From Salinispira sp. (GTDB taxonomy: Bacteria; Spirochaetota; Spirochaetia; DSM-27196; Salinispiraceae), in NCBI GenBank assembly GCA_965602015.1, contig OZ271918.1:2496001-2560000 (forward strand): a stretch of DNA of 64,000 nucleotides, given 5' to 3'. How positions within the stretch are numbered: the first letter of the stretch is position 1; every line of letters starts with the position of its first letter. The notes beneath the pieces are model-generated. The model had not been told where the DNA came from. It did no database searches and worked only from the letters and a program-made list of their open reading frames with translations. Position numbers and translations under genes: made by a program. This document shows positions 31,179 through 41,910 of this stretch, in pieces.

Positions 31179-33162
31179 CGATTATTTCCTTGTCATTAAA
31201 AAACGTCGCGTAGAGTGTATCGGTCTTCATTATGTGATTCATCACCCAGTCCTGGAGAAAATCCAGAACTTCATTGCTCAATACCGAGCGGCCCTCCTCC
31301 AATTCATCGTAGAGGGCACGGGCTTTTTTCAACAGCGCCCGGTGTTGCTCTATGTGCTCCTTCGCATCAGGGTAATTGTACCGCGCGAAATTCTCTTCTT
31401 CGCTTGCAAAATGATAGTCCGTGTAGTCGATGAGCTCCTTGAGGGTCTTTTGGGTCTGCTGAGCGCCCTTGCCCATCTCCATCTCTTCATAGAGTTTTTG
31501 CACCAGCTGAATAAGCTTTTTGTGATGTCCGTCGAATTCATCTACCTTCACGCTGAACCGTTCGTTCCAGCTGATAAACTGGTCGTATCCCATAGTCATC
31601 AATATCTGAACAATCTCTCCGGAAATTCCGCTTAACTCGGTGAACAGGTCGTCGGCAGAGTGAGCGTCGCGGGTTTCGACCGCCGTAATTATTTCAGCAA
31701 CTTTTTGGTGAAGTTTTCCCTGAAGATTCTCAAGAAGCCTGAGCTTTGCAGCCGGCAGGGACTTGTGGCTGGTACCCGAGCTCAGCCATTTGCCCAATTC
31801 GCCTTGCGATGCATCAGTGAGATTCACATCCGAAGCATTTATGGTGCCGTCGATTACCGCCCGAGCGGTGGCTACCCAGTTTATATGGGAGAGGATGAGA
31901 TTCGAGAAGAACAGCCGGTTTGAGATGCCTCCGTCATCGGCGCTTGCCAATCCGCTGAACTGAAAGGTTTTTATCATTTCCACCATTGATTCGAACATGC
32001 GGTTAAAATCCAGGAATGATGCTGAGATCTTGGTCATGACGTGATTGATGCTCCTGGACTCGATGTCCATTTGGTGCATAGAAGATTCCAGGTCCTTGGC
32101 GACCTCATTGGAGTTCTCCAGAATAGAGGTGATCTCAGAGGAAGCGGCCTCCATTTCGTCCATGCTTGCGGTGGTCTGACGACTAATATCCCGCAAATTA
32201 TCAGTGCTTGCCTTGACGTCGTCGGCGTTGGCAGAAAGCTCGTCTGTTTGATCCTTGATATCTTCGAACGCGTGATTGATATCGCCGACGCCCTGTTCGA
32301 TTTCAGAAAATGCCCGGCCGCTTTCACCACTCATTCGGCTCGCAGCGGTAATCTGCTCTACCAGGGCAGTAAGGGTTTCGTCGATGATCCGGGCGTTCTC
32401 CGCGGTGGACTCAGCGAGCTTTCGAATTTCCTCTGCCACCACTGCAAATCCGCGGCCCGCATCTCCCGCATGGGCAGCTTCAATTGCCGCGTTCATGGAG
32501 AGCAGATTGGTAGTCGATGCAATGTCATTTATGACCGTAATGAGGTCCATGACGTCCTGTACCTTTTTCTGAATCGAGCTTATTTCCGCATCTGTTTCGG
32601 CGATCTTGTCGCTTCCGAGGGCAGTCGTCTGAACCAGTTGGCGGATGTTTTCTACCCGGGCGGAGGCGATATCGGCGATGTGGCGGATCCGGTTGTTGAT
32701 ATCGGTAAATGCCTCGCCTGCGGACTGAATGGTGCCGTCCTGTATTCTGAGCTGATCTTTTAGACTGCCGATTGTCGCATGAATTTCCTCAACGGCAGCG
32801 GATCCCGTACTCACCTCCGCCGCCAGGCGGTTCGCCACATCCAAATTGGTATGGCTCGTAAGGGAGATGTTCGCTCCGGAAGACAGTGCTTTCTGAATAT
32901 TTCGGGAGAGCCGGGTACTCGAGCGTTCGCTCTGCTGAACGATGAGTTGGTTAGAGCGGAAATAGTCGCGCACCGTGGTCAAAACCCTGGTTAGCGGGGA
33001 AGATTGGGATAATTCCCTCCGGTCTTCGGGTAGGGCGCCGCTACTGGTAAAATCATCCAGCACCCGGGCATCATCGGAAGCCGAGTTTTTTCTTACCAGC
33101 AATACAATGACAAGAGCTTCGATTAAGGCGACGGCAATAAACAATGCGGCGATAATTCCCAT
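31162..33162 (-). CDS. Methyl-accepting chemotaxis protein with CZB-like and C-terminal bacteriohemerythrin domains
   Basis: [34 protein letters not shown], then HINW...LGKW, then H..HxxxEE..HxxxH..HxxxxD. Confidence 0.9.
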   Translation of the reverse strand: MGIIAALFIAVALIEALVIVLLVRKNSASDDARVLDDFTSSGALPEDRRELSQSSPLTRVLTTVRDYFRSNQLIVQQSERSSTRLSRNIQKALSSGANISLTSHTNLDVANRLAAEVSTGSAAVEEIHATIGSLKDQLRIQDGTIQSAGEAFTDINNRIRHIADIASARVENIRQLVQTTALGSDKIAETDAEISSIQKKVQDVMDLITVINDIASTTNLLSMNAAIEAAHAGDAGRGFAVVAEEIRKLAESTAENARIIDETLTALVEQITAASRMSGESGRAFSEIEQGVGDINHAFEDIKDQTDELSANADDVKASTDNLRDISRQTTASMDEMEAASSEITSILENSNEVAKDLESSMHQMDIESRSINHVMTKISASFLDFNRMFESMVEMIKTFQFSGLASADDGGISNRLFFSNLILSHINWVATARAVIDGTINASDVNLTDASQGELGKWLSSGTSHKSLPAAKLRLLENLQGKLHQKVAEIITAVETRDAHSADDLFTELSGISGEIVQILMTMGYDQFISWNERFSVKVDEFDGHHKKLIQLVQKLYEEMEMGKGAQQTQKTLKELIDYTDYHFASEEENFARYNYPDAKEHIEQHRALLKKARALYDELEEGRSVLSNEVLDFLQDWVMNHIMKTDTLYATFFNDKEIIVKDRA

Positions 33163-33219
33163 AAGGCTTCCTGAAATCGTTTTTTTTAATAATTCATCAC
33201 GTACAGCCTTTTTTCAAGT

Positions 33220-34977
33220 TCAAATATCTCCACTTTCAACCTCAATGATAAGCATAACAGGGTCGGAAATCAGATGCCTCGTTGTGCCGTACATTAGGGA
33301 ATCGAGGTTTACTCCATCGGGCGAGCGAAGGGCAAATGTAATTTTTATTCCGTTGGCCAGAACCAGGGAGATTGTAGCGCTCGCCCGAAGCTCGGTTTCA
33401 TAGATGGACGGTAAAAAGCCCGACCCCATGCTTCCTGCCGCATCGGCATGGGTTTTCATGCCAAGACCGAACGACAGCGGATGGCAACGGCCGGAGAACA
33501 TAAGTGAGACGTCCGATAGCCAGGGGGCCGGAGTTTTCCTGATCCTGACTCCAAGTGAAGCCCGAAGCGGCGGAGGAGAAAACCTGAGCTGAGTAAGAAG
33601 GTAAAACCGGGGGGCGGCGGGTTGCCGTAGGAGCTCCTCGACGCTCTGGACCTCGCATTGAACTAACCAGGCTCCCAGCGGCAGATCTGCCTGTATATTC
33701 GAGGAAAAAGCGGGTGAGCGGCCGTCGCCGAGCTCCCAGTCACAGCTGCCGCCAAGGGAAGCCTCACCGGCCCCTGTGATCATGGCATGTACTGTGCAAT
33801 CTCCTTCTGGCGGGAGGGTTTCGAGCATGCCCTCTGCTGCCGTCCAGCTCGCATATTCTGACATGATGCGGCGGTAATGTGCAGATAACTGTATCCCCGA
33901 CGGAAGCAGCGGGCCGCGGGCCCGGGGCAGCTGGAGACTGAGGCGGTATCCTGCCCGGATGCTCCAGGGGAAGTCCTCCGGCCGATCGGCATACCATTGG
34001 GGGCCTCCGTCAAACAGGTATGCCCTCCGCGAGAGGCCGAGAGCGAGGTAGAATTCATCCCGGGCGAAGACCTGCGGTCCGCTCTGACCCTCACTCCCCA
34101 CTCGTAAAACCAATGCGCTTTGAAGCAGCGCCCCGGAAACCGCGGTTTCCCCGAAGCTGCTATGGACCTCCGCCTCCGGGTCGTCGAGCTCCGGTTCTTC
34201 AAACTCCGGTTCTTCAAACTCCGGTTCTTCAAACTCCGGTTCTGCAAGCGCCGGTTTTGCAAGCTCCGGATCCGCGACAGGGTAACGGGGTTTTACAAGG
34301 ACGGGATCAAAGCCAAGGAAGAGAGTCCCCAGGCCGAGGGTTAACCCCTGCTCGACCGAAGCAAATACAATGCTTGCAAAAGCGACCGGGGAAACAATCC
34401 CGTGACTTTCCTCCTCCGGTTCCCCGCCCGGGAGCGGGCTGCCGGGCACCATGGCGGCCAGCGAAACCTCCAGCCCCCGTTCCAGGTTCCCGGCTGAAAT
34501 CTGGCACCCCGGATGTACCAACTCATCTGACCACAGGGGAAGCCTGAGAAAATCGCCGGGGGCCTCAACGGCCGCCATGTTCCCCGACAGGGGCCGGCGA
34601 AGCAGATTCGCTCCGTAATCGAGGGCAAGCATTCCTGCCCGAACCCTTAGTATGGGGTCATCATGGTTGCCCTGATAAATACCGTCATTTCTAATAGACC
34701 CGATTATGCCCCCCTCAACCGCAGGGTAGGCAACAGGCGTCTGAGCGCTGCGTGAGGACACCAGCAATCTCAGGTCAAACAGCGGATTATGGAGCTGAGA
34801 GAACCAGCGAAGGTCCCCGGCGCTATCCAGCCTGCTTCTAATGCCGCTGGAGAGCCCCAAACACTCGTTTTGGGATGAACTCAGGTGATCTTGGGCACTC
34901 AGAGCACATGGAGCGATAACACTCAGGAGCGCCGCAAAAACTAATGTTGGCCCCACAAAAAAAACGCGGTGTTTCAT
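33220..34977 (-). CDS. Exported hypothetical protein with EEPEF tandem repeats
   Basis: 585-aa ORF with a signal peptide filling the gap between genes. No family recognised. Confidence 0.55.
   Translation of the reverse strand: MKHRVFFVGPTLVFAALLSVIAPCALSAQDHLSSSQNECLGLSSGIRSRLDSAGDLRWFSQLHNPLFDLRLLVSSRSAQTPVAYPAVEGGIIGSIRNDGIYQGNHDDPILRVRAGMLALDYGANLLRRPLSGNMAAVEAPGDFLRLPLWSDELVHPGCQISAGNLERGLEVSLAAMVPGSPLPGGEPEEESHGIVSPVAFASIVFASVEQGLTLGLGTLFLGFDPVLVKPRYPVADPELAKPALAEPEFEEPEFEEPEFEEPELDDPEAEVHSSFGETAVSGALLQSALVLRVGSEGQSGPQVFARDEFYLALGLSRRAYLFDGGPQWYADRPEDFPWSIRAGYRLSLQLPRARGPLLPSGIQLSAHYRRIMSEYASWTAAEGMLETLPPEGDCTVHAMITGAGEASLGGSCDWELGDGRSPAFSSNIQADLPLGAWLVQCEVQSVEELLRQPAAPRFYLLTQLRFSPPPLRASLGVRIRKTPAPWLSDVSLMFSGRCHPLSFGLGMKTHADAAGSMGSGFLPSIYETELRASATISLVLANGIKITFALRSPDGVNLDSLMYGTTRHLISDPVMLIIEVESGDI
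34174..34273. repeat. 15-bp in-frame tandem repeat (CTCCGGTTCTTCAAA x3 exact + degenerate copies)
   Basis: Exact units at 34189, 34204 and 34219, with degenerate flanking units. Confidence 0.9.
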
Positions 34978-35048
34978 ACGTACAACACCGCAGTTTAGGC
35001 CAAAATGCTTTAGATCACGTAAAAAAGGCGCTTGGCTCCCGAAAAACC

Positions 35049-35621
35049 TTATTTTTGAAGAGTGCTTCGATGGACCCTGTCCGCCGCCTCGTCGCCGGCC
35101 AGCTGACGGATTACTTCCACGGCGAACTCTGCGGCGCTTCCGGCTCCGATGGATGTAATGAGCTTCCCGTCCACCATTACCCGGTCATGAACATGCTCGC
35201 CCTGGCCGGCCTGTTTCTCGAATCCCGGGTAACAGGTGAATTTTTTGCCCTCGAGCAACCCGGCGCCTCCGGCGCCCAGGACGACTGCAGGCGCTGCGCA
35301 AATTGCGCAAATATGGGCTCCGCCCGCATGACCTTTCTTTAAAAGCGAAAGCAGATCCTTGTCTGCAGCCAGGTTGCTGGCACCGGGCATTCCCCCTGGA
35401 AGTACGAGGGCATCATACTCGCCGTCGAGCAGATGGAGATCTTTCATAAGCATGTCCGCCACAACCGTAACGCCGTGACCGGCGGTAATCTGCTTGCTGT
35501 CCCCGCTGCCCACTGCCACGGTCCGTACTTCGACCCCCGCCCTTCTGAGAAAGTCCACGGGAGTCAGTGCCTCGACTTCTTCGAAACCCTCGGCCAAAAA
35601 AACGAATGCTTTTGCGCTCAT
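35049..35621 (-). CDS. DJ-1/PfpI family protein (YajL/ThiJ-like)
   Basis: LAEGFEEVEA...LVLPGGMPGASNL...AICAAP...TCYPG. Confidence 0.92.
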   Translation of the reverse strand: MSAKAFVFLAEGFEEVEALTPVDFLRRAGVEVRTVAVGSGDSKQITAGHGVTVVADMLMKDLHLLDGEYDALVLPGGMPGASNLAADKDLLSLLKKGHAGGAHICAICAAPAVVLGAGGAGLLEGKKFTCYPGFEKQAGQGEHVHDRVMVDGKLITSIGAGSAAEFAVEVIRQLAGDEAADRVHRSTLQK

Positions 35622-35654
35622 GTGGTTCTCCTCTGTGTCTGTTTGATATTTGGC

Positions 35655-35687
35655 AAAAAAACGGCCTCCCGGCTGTCGGGAGGCCGT
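35655..35687 (-). terminator. Rho-independent terminator of the OmpA-domain gene
   Basis: ACGGCCTCCCG/CGGGAGGCCGT 11-bp stem followed by a T-run on the minus strand. Confidence 0.85.
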
Positions 35688-35693
35688 AAATCA

Positions 35694-38600
35694 TCAGCGC
35701 TCGAGTATGAATTCTACCCGCCGGTTCTTCCAGCGGTTTTCAAGATCGCTATGCGGCACCACAGGTTCGGCGCCGCCGAGGCCCATGATGCTCATCCGCT
35801 GCCAGTCCACGCCGAGAATGGCCAGAGCCTGGCGCACCTCGTTAGCCCGGTTCCGGCTCAAAGGAATTAACACGTTGGTCTGCTCGCGCCGGGCGGCCTG
35901 TCCGCTGAGAAGCTGTACCGCATGACCCTCGACGGTGATGGAATACTCACCGAACTTGTTGAGAATATCCGCAAGCCTTCGGAGGGTCTGGAAATTCCGG
36001 TCCTGTTCTTCCCTGCTTACCCCGAAAAGGTCGGCGGTATTGCCGGCGAAGTATATGCTGGGAACATTGATTCTGAACTGGTCTCCGTCGGCAATGACCA
36101 GGATATCGATGGTGACCACGTCTGTGGCTATGCCCCGGTTGCGAAGATTGTCTTCCAGGGTGAATACCACGGTGTAATCCGCCGCCGACTGAACCAGTTC
36201 GCCGTTATCGGCCAAACCGTCCCACTCAAGGGTTTCGGGAGGCAGTCCTTCCCCGGACCAGTTCCGGAACGTATTGCCCCGGGGGTCGAGGATTTCCACC
36301 TCCCAGCCGGTGATGGGCCGGTCGGCAGCCCGGGCATCCAGGCCGATGGTCAGGCTGTCATTCTGACCGTCTCCGTCGGGACTGAAGGGAGTATCGTTTA
36401 TGTTTACGAAGCCCTGGGGAGGATTGGTCACCAGAATGACCGTATTGTCGGCCTCACGTTCGGTGAAATTTCCGTTTCGGTACTCTACAAAAAAGGAAAC
36501 GCTGTACTCGCCGTCTTCCACGGTGCGGGCGTCGTTTTCTCCCTCCCAAAAGATCTGCTCCGGAAGATTGCTGCCCCCCTGGAAAGTTTTGGTGATGAGT
36601 CCGTCGAGATTTTCAATCTTGATCTCCCAGGCCCTGAGGTTTTCCGGTATGGCCACCGAGGGAATGAGGGTGACAAAGTCGCGGTACCCGTCTCCGTTGG
36701 GGCTAAATACCTCCTGGTCGGCGACGATGCTGATGGTCGCGCTCAGGTTGTCAATTCGCAGATTTACCAGACTGGCCGAGCCGATGTTTCCGAAACGGTT
36801 TTGCGAACGGATCGTGTATGTGTAGAAGCCGTCGGGAAGCACTTCTCCGTCATCTCCCGTACCGTCCCACACGAAGTCCTCAACCTGTCCTTCCCAGGTC
36901 AGGGTGCGAACCGCCTCATCCTGTTCGTTGACAAAAACCCCGGTCCACAGTTCCTGTTCGCTCGAACTCTGGCTGATGGCAATTGTGTCCCGGTCGCCGT
37001 CGCCGTTGGGGGTGAACAGTCTGCGGTCCACCGTCACGTCCACTTCGGGCCTCGATCGGCCGACGAGAATCGATTCTTCACTGGCGGCAAAGGGGTTATC
37101 CCCGTTGAGATACATGATATTGAGCTCGACCCGATAGCTGCCATCGGGCACCGGCGTATTGTTGTTTCGCACTCCGGCCCATTCAATGTAGTCGATTGCC
37201 TGACGGACCTGACGGCTGAAATATGGCCGTCCGTCTTCCTCATTGACTACGGTGAGAATAAAATACTCGATGCCTTCGGTTACCGGTACCACTGGGGTGA
37301 TGCGGACCACTTCCAAGCCCTCGTCGCCTCCCGGAGCGAGAATGGTACCGGAAAGTTCGATGGAAGTCGCCGCCCGGCTTTGGGTGTCCTTGATAAAGCG
37401 GGCCACATTGCTGGTTCCCGTATTGCCCGCCTGGTCGCTGCCCTGCAGGAAGAGCTGATAGTTTCCGTCGGGAAGTTCCTGACCGCTGACCGGATCGACG
37501 CCGTCCCAGTTAAAGGGAAAGCTTACACCGAGATCGAGAATGTCCTGAAGCGGTACCACGAGCTCGCTTTCGCTTTCATCGATGAGCACCATGTCCCAAT
37601 CGATTCCCTCTTCGTATTCCGCCGTGAAGCGGATAAAGGGCTTGGCCTCTCCTCCGAAATATATGGGGTTGCCCAACTCCCGCCCTTCGGGAGCCGAGTC
37701 CGCAGTGAGAAATGCGACGGGCGCGGTGCTGTCAATGACAACCGGAACGGTTTCCGAGCGGGACAGGTTACCGTTGCTGTAGGTCGCTGAGAAAACAGCG
37801 GCGTATTCCCCGTCTTCGAGAAATACCGAAGCGGAGGTCGGTCTGCCGGGGTTTCCCCTGCCGTCGAAGACAATGCTCTGAGGCAGGTCATCGGCGCCGC
37901 CCTGGAAACGGCGGTAGACGATACCCTCGATGTCTTCAATTTCGAGCTCCCAGCTGTCGAGCCCTTCTGTTTCATTCACCGAAATGAGAAATTCCATGCT
38001 TTCACGCTGGAATCTGCTGAAAAAATTATTGCCGCCGGCGACATTCATCTCGATGTTTGCCGGCTGATAGCTGAGGATGATGTCCAGGCCTTGCTCCACC
38101 CGGTTTCCCGCCCGGTCGACGCCGGCGAGGGCGAAGCCGTAATCCCCCTCGGCCTGCAAAGTTCCGGACTCGTCGGTGCCGTCCCACGAAAAAGACGCGG
38201 GAGCCAGAACATCGCTGGCGGACGTGTCGCCCTGGGCCTCGCGGGTCTGGGTAACGATGGTGTTGCCCGATGCGTCCCGAACTTCGAGGGTCCAGATTCG
38301 GGCCGGTCCGGTTTGGACGTCGAAGGTCACCACGTCCCGTTTGCCGTCGTCATTTGGGGAAAAAATCCCGAAATCAAACTCCAAGCCGACGATTTCCGGC
38401 TCGACGGTATCGACCACCACAGATAGCGGTGCGGTGTTTCCCCGTTGATTAAAATTATCACGGACGTAGAGCTGATAAAAATACTCGCCGTCGGGAACGA
38501 TGTCCCCGTCGGAGTTTCGGCCGTCCCACACCATTGACTCGGGAACCGTCACCGAGGGTCTTTCGCCTACCCCGAGCGTCTGGGCGATGATGTTTCGTTC

Positions 38601-38876
38601 CTCCAGATCCTCCTCGACGACGCTATAAATAACCTCTCCCCGTTTGTTAAAAATACGGAGTTCATAGCGCTCAATGCGGGCGTTGCCCCCGATGCTTAAT
38701 TCGATATTTTGAATCTGAAGCACATCGCTGCCGGTTTCGGGATTACCCGGGCTGATGTACTGGGGACTCTGGCTCAGAAAAATGTCCGTATCCTGTTCCG
38801 GACGGCCACCGGCAAACAGCACCGACGGCAGAACCATTGCCACAATCAGCAATACATACAATGTTCGTCTGTTCAT
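35694..38876 (-). CDS. Large exported protein with repeated FlgD-Ig-like domains and C-terminal OmpA domain
   Basis: Repeated WDG...PDGxY and FSPNGDG motifs. C-terminal VEGHA...LSRNRA...KNRRVEF. Confidence 0.88.
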   Translation of the reverse strand: MNRRTLYVLLIVAMVLPSVLFAGGRPEQDTDIFLSQSPQYISPGNPETGSDVLQIQNIELSIGGNARIERYELRIFNKRGEVIYSVVEEDLEERNIIAQTLGVGERPSVTVPESMVWDGRNSDGDIVPDGEYFYQLYVRDNFNQRGNTAPLSVVVDTVEPEIVGLEFDFGIFSPNDDGKRDVVTFDVQTGPARIWTLEVRDASGNTIVTQTREAQGDTSASDVLAPASFSWDGTDESGTLQAEGDYGFALAGVDRAGNRVEQGLDIILSYQPANIEMNVAGGNNFFSRFQRESMEFLISVNETEGLDSWELEIEDIEGIVYRRFQGGADDLPQSIVFDGRGNPGRPTSASVFLEDGEYAAVFSATYSNGNLSRSETVPVVIDSTAPVAFLTADSAPEGRELGNPIYFGGEAKPFIRFTAEYEEGIDWDMVLIDESESELVVPLQDILDLGVSFPFNWDGVDPVSGQELPDGNYQLFLQGSDQAGNTGTSNVARFIKDTQSRAATSIELSGTILAPGGDEGLEVVRITPVVPVTEGIEYFILTVVNEEDGRPYFSRQVRQAIDYIEWAGVRNNNTPVPDGSYRVELNIMYLNGDNPFAASEESILVGRSRPEVDVTVDRRLFTPNGDGDRDTIAISQSSSEQELWTGVFVNEQDEAVRTLTWEGQVEDFVWDGTGDDGEVLPDGFYTYTIRSQNRFGNIGSASLVNLRIDNLSATISIVADQEVFSPNGDGYRDFVTLIPSVAIPENLRAWEIKIENLDGLITKTFQGGSNLPEQIFWEGENDARTVEDGEYSVSFFVEYRNGNFTEREADNTVILVTNPPQGFVNINDTPFSPDGDGQNDSLTIGLDARAADRPITGWEVEILDPRGNTFRNWSGEGLPPETLEWDGLADNGELVQSAADYTVVFTLEDNLRNRGIATDVVTIDILVIADGDQFRINVPSIYFAGNTADLFGVSREEQDRNFQTLRRLADILNKFGEYSITVEGHAVQLLSGQAARREQTNVLIPLSRNRANEVRQALAILGVDWQRMSIMGLGGAEPVVPHSDLENRWKNRRVEFILER

Positions 38877-39018
38877 ATGGAACTCCTGTCTCCTTACTTC
38901 GGCCTATCGGCCTCACAAAATGTCTAGAAATTCGGAGATAATTCGCAAAATCTCCTGTTCCCCCACTCCTGATAGTATACGTCATTAACTGTTAGGAGGT
39001 AAGCCGAAATTCGCGCCT

Positions 39019-40272
39019 TCAGCCCGATCGGGAAAGAAGGGAAATGTCATAACTCCCCGGTTGCTGATAAATGCGCAGATCGAATTCCGGCGCAACCGCC
39101 AGCAGATGGTCGAAGATATCCGCCTGAATGCTCTCATACAGCGCCCAGGCGGTTTGCCTGCTAAACACATAAATTTCGATGGGCAGACCGGTGGGTCCGG
39201 GAGGAAGCTGCCGTATGAGAAAGGTCATTTCATCGCTGATTTGCGGGTGGGCGCTGAGGTAGGCGGCGATGTACGCCCGGAAGGTACCGACATTGGTGAG
39301 CCGGCGGGCATCCGCCCTCCCTCCCTTGGGGTTTTCGCCCCGTTCTTCGGCAATGTCTTTTCGCCTTTCCTGAAGGTAGGCGCTGATAAGCGGCATGTTC
39401 TGAAGGTCATCCAGCTCTTCTTCCCCCAGAAATTTTATGGTGTTGATATCGATTGAAAGGGAGCGTTTGATGCGCCGCCCCCCGGCCTCCGCCATACCTC
39501 GCCAGTTTTTGAAACTGGAGCTGGTCAGGGCGTAGATGGGGAAGGTCACCATTGTTTTGTCGAAGTTCTGTACTTTCACGGTTTGCAGGGTTATGTCCAC
39601 CACATCGCCGTCGGCGCCGAACTGCGGCACTTCGATCCAGTCACCGATCCGGATCAGATTATTGGCAGTCAGCTGGATGGATGAAACCAGGCCGAGAATG
39701 GAATCCCGGAACACCAGCATGATCACCGCAGACAAGGCGCCGATTCCCGACAAAAGCCCAAGAGGCGACCGGTTTAGAAGGGTCGTGACCATCAGGGCGA
39801 GGCCAACGGCATAGAGCACAATCTTTCCAACCTGGATGTAGCCCTTAATCGGCCTGTCGCGGGATATCTCATAGCTTTGATAAATATCCTGCACCGCACC
39901 CAGGAAAGAATCGATGACCAGAATCGTCACGCCAACCATATAGGTCAAAATGCCCCGCTGAAAAAATACCAGAAAATCTCCGGCCTCGGGAAAGATCAGC
40001 GGGAGCAGAAAATACAGAACCAGAGCCGGTGCAAAATGGGCCAGATTGCGGAAGACCCCTCGCCGGACAATTTTATCGTCCCAGCTGCCGGCCGTGCGCT
40101 CTGCGAGATCGGTGAGAAGCCGCAAAAGCAGTTTTTTCGTAACCAAGTCGGCAATCCAGCTCAGCAACAGCGCCACAGCCAGAAAAATGCCCCGGCTAAT
40201 CACCGCAATCGTGCCGGGATTCTCAAAGCCCAGACCCCGCAAAAAATCCATCATCAGCTCGTTTACATTCAT
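39019..40272 (-). CDS. Mechanosensitive channel, MscS family (YbdG/MscM-like)
   Basis: VFRDSILGLVSSIQL, IGDWIE, VKVQNFDKT, FKNWRGM...GRRIKRS, LTNVGTFR. AAGGAG precedes ATG 40272. Confidence 0.92.
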   Translation of the reverse strand: MNVNELMMDFLRGLGFENPGTIAVISRGIFLAVALLLSWIADLVTKKLLLRLLTDLAERTAGSWDDKIVRRGVFRNLAHFAPALVLYFLLPLIFPEAGDFLVFFQRGILTYMVGVTILVIDSFLGAVQDIYQSYEISRDRPIKGYIQVGKIVLYAVGLALMVTTLLNRSPLGLLSGIGALSAVIMLVFRDSILGLVSSIQLTANNLIRIGDWIEVPQFGADGDVVDITLQTVKVQNFDKTMVTFPIYALTSSSFKNWRGMAEAGGRRIKRSLSIDINTIKFLGEEELDDLQNMPLISAYLQERRKDIAEERGENPKGGRADARRLTNVGTFRAYIAAYLSAHPQISDEMTFLIRQLPPGPTGLPIEIYVFSRQTAWALYESIQADIFDHLLAVAPEFDLRIYQQPGSYDISLLSRSG

Positions 40273-40423
40273 TGCCACTCCTTAATCATGGGGACTTCCC
40301 AGCATACGGGATGGGAGATGGGGAATCAATGCAGGGCACGCAGGCGGCGTCCACCGCCGGATGTTGCGCAAAAGTCCAGTTTTTACCAAGCTTCGGGGCA
40401 CTGCATAAGCTACAGACAAAACC

Positions 40424-40452
40424 TTGTTTCCCGGTGCACGGGGCTCTATAAT
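40424..40452 (+). promoter_or_regulatory. sigma70-type promoter (TTGTTT-17-TATAAT)
   Basis: Perfect -10 with a 17-bp spacer, about 200 nt upstream of the solute-binding protein gene. Confidence 0.6.
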
Positions 40453-40651
40453 CATAATGATGGGACTGATAAAAATCAGGTGAATGCTGCCCTGCTGACT
40501 GTATGGAAAAGCAAAGGCTTTCACCTGGAAGTCATCCTTTAAGTCCGATGCGAACATGAACTTCTTTTGGATATCAGCTGAACTTCGCATTTCACATTGT
40601 ATGCATGCCTGGCAGTGTGCTGGCGTGGAACTATACCCTTAGGAGAAGGCT

Positions 40652-41899
40652 ATGATTGCAAAGACTCAAAGATTGTACGGCGGATTTATCATCCTGATTT
40701 TGCTGGTGATGAGCATTACATCCTGCGAGCTTCTGGGATTATTTCAGGGGGATGAAGATGAAGTTCCCCCGGAAATTGTCATTTGGACAATGGAGTCCGA
40801 GATCGATTTCACCTGGATGAGAGAAAAAATTGAGTCGGAACTCTCTTCTCAAGAGGGTCTTACCGTCAGTTTCGAATACTACACTCCCGATCAAATAGTT
40901 CCCGCATATGAATCTGCCATTCAGGAAGGATCGGGGTTACCAGACATTGTGTTCACCGTAGCAGATCACATGGAAACCCTGGTTCTCACCGACACTCTCA
41001 TGACGACAACGGATCTTTTTCGCCCCGCAGACCTCGTTGAGTTTCCCACTTATGGAGGCGACTACTGGGCCTTGCCGATAACCAGCGGCAACCATCTAAT
41101 GCTGTATTACAACAAGTCACTCATTTCCATGACTGACGTTCCCCAAAACACAGATGAGCTGCTTGCCCTGGACCCCTTGAGCATGCCGGCTGGTGTGGAA
41201 TACTGGATTCAGTCGAACTGGACCGAGCCATTTTTTACTGTTCCCTTTTACCTCGGTTACGACGGAAGCATTTTCGCCGCCAACGGCCGAACCGTAAGCT
41301 TCGATATTACCGCAATGGCTAACACACTCGAGATAGTGCAGGCAATGTTTGATGCGGGAGTATCCACCTACGTGGACGGCAATGGAGATCCTGCAAATTA
41401 CGGTTTCATGGACAGCGGCTTCAAGAACGGAAGCATAGCGATGATAATAAACGGGGACTGGGCCCTTGGTGAATACCACAGCGTACTCGGCGATGACCTG
41501 GGTATAGCGAACATACCCACCATCAGCGGAGCCGGCGATCCCAGTCCGTTTACTTCACCAAAATTCTTGTTTCTCACGGAGAACAGCAATGCTGTTGAAG
41601 CATCGATTATCAGCGCTGTTGCTGAGCACCTCATAAGCTACCCGGTTCAGGCGGACATGGCAGCGGGCTGGGGTCGACTACCGGCACTGGTGACCGCCGC
41701 AAATGACATTACCGACCCCTTTCTGCAGGCATCGGCCCAGCAGATGCTCCTGGGTACCCCGATGCCCACAAATGTTGAGTTGTCCATATTTTGGGACGCG
41801 TTCAAACCCAATCAGAATGATTTTTTTGCCGGCGGGGTTTTTACCGATGCCACAGAAGCCGCTCAGGCAATGCAGGCTGCCGCCGATCTGGAACAGTAG
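40652..41899 (+). CDS. Sugar ABC-transporter solute-binding lipoprotein (MalE/CycB-like), orphan
   Basis: Lipobox ITSC, PDIV...DH, ALPITSGNHLMLYYNK, AMIINGDW, PMP...W. Confidence 0.82.
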   Translation: MIAKTQRLYGGFIILILLVMSITSCELLGLFQGDEDEVPPEIVIWTMESEIDFTWMREKIESELSSQEGLTVSFEYYTPDQIVPAYESAIQEGSGLPDIVFTVADHMETLVLTDTLMTTTDLFRPADLVEFPTYGGDYWALPITSGNHLMLYYNKSLISMTDVPQNTDELLALDPLSMPAGVEYWIQSNWTEPFFTVPFYLGYDGSIFAANGRTVSFDITAMANTLEIVQAMFDAGVSTYVDGNGDPANYGFMDSGFKNGSIAMIINGDWALGEYHSVLGDDLGIANIPTISGAGDPSPFTSPKFLFLTENSNAVEASIISAVAEHLISYPVQADMAAGWGRLPALVTAANDITDPFLQASAQQMLLGTPMPTNVELSIFWDAFKPNQNDFFAGGVFTDATEAAQAMQAAADLEQ

Positions 41900-41910
41900 C
41901 ACAAATGTTG

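Noticed and set aside
35694..38876. FSPNGDG motifs suggesting a type IX secretion substrate
   Set aside because: The motifs are internal and repeated with FlgD-Ig units, and the protein ends in OmpA. This architecture is familiar from spirochaetes and no T9SS genes are present here.
40359..40377. GGATGTTGCGCAAAAGTCC resembling an IS5/IS1182-type end
   Set aside because: No partner repeat or transposase remnant was found. Too short to support.
40572..40580. ATCAGCTG core as another copy of the 21-bp repeat
   Set aside because: Only 8 bp match, which is expected by chance.
40282..40590. 102-aa minus-strand ORF
   Set aside because: No RBS or recognisable motif, and it overlaps promoter and leader signals of the flanking genes.
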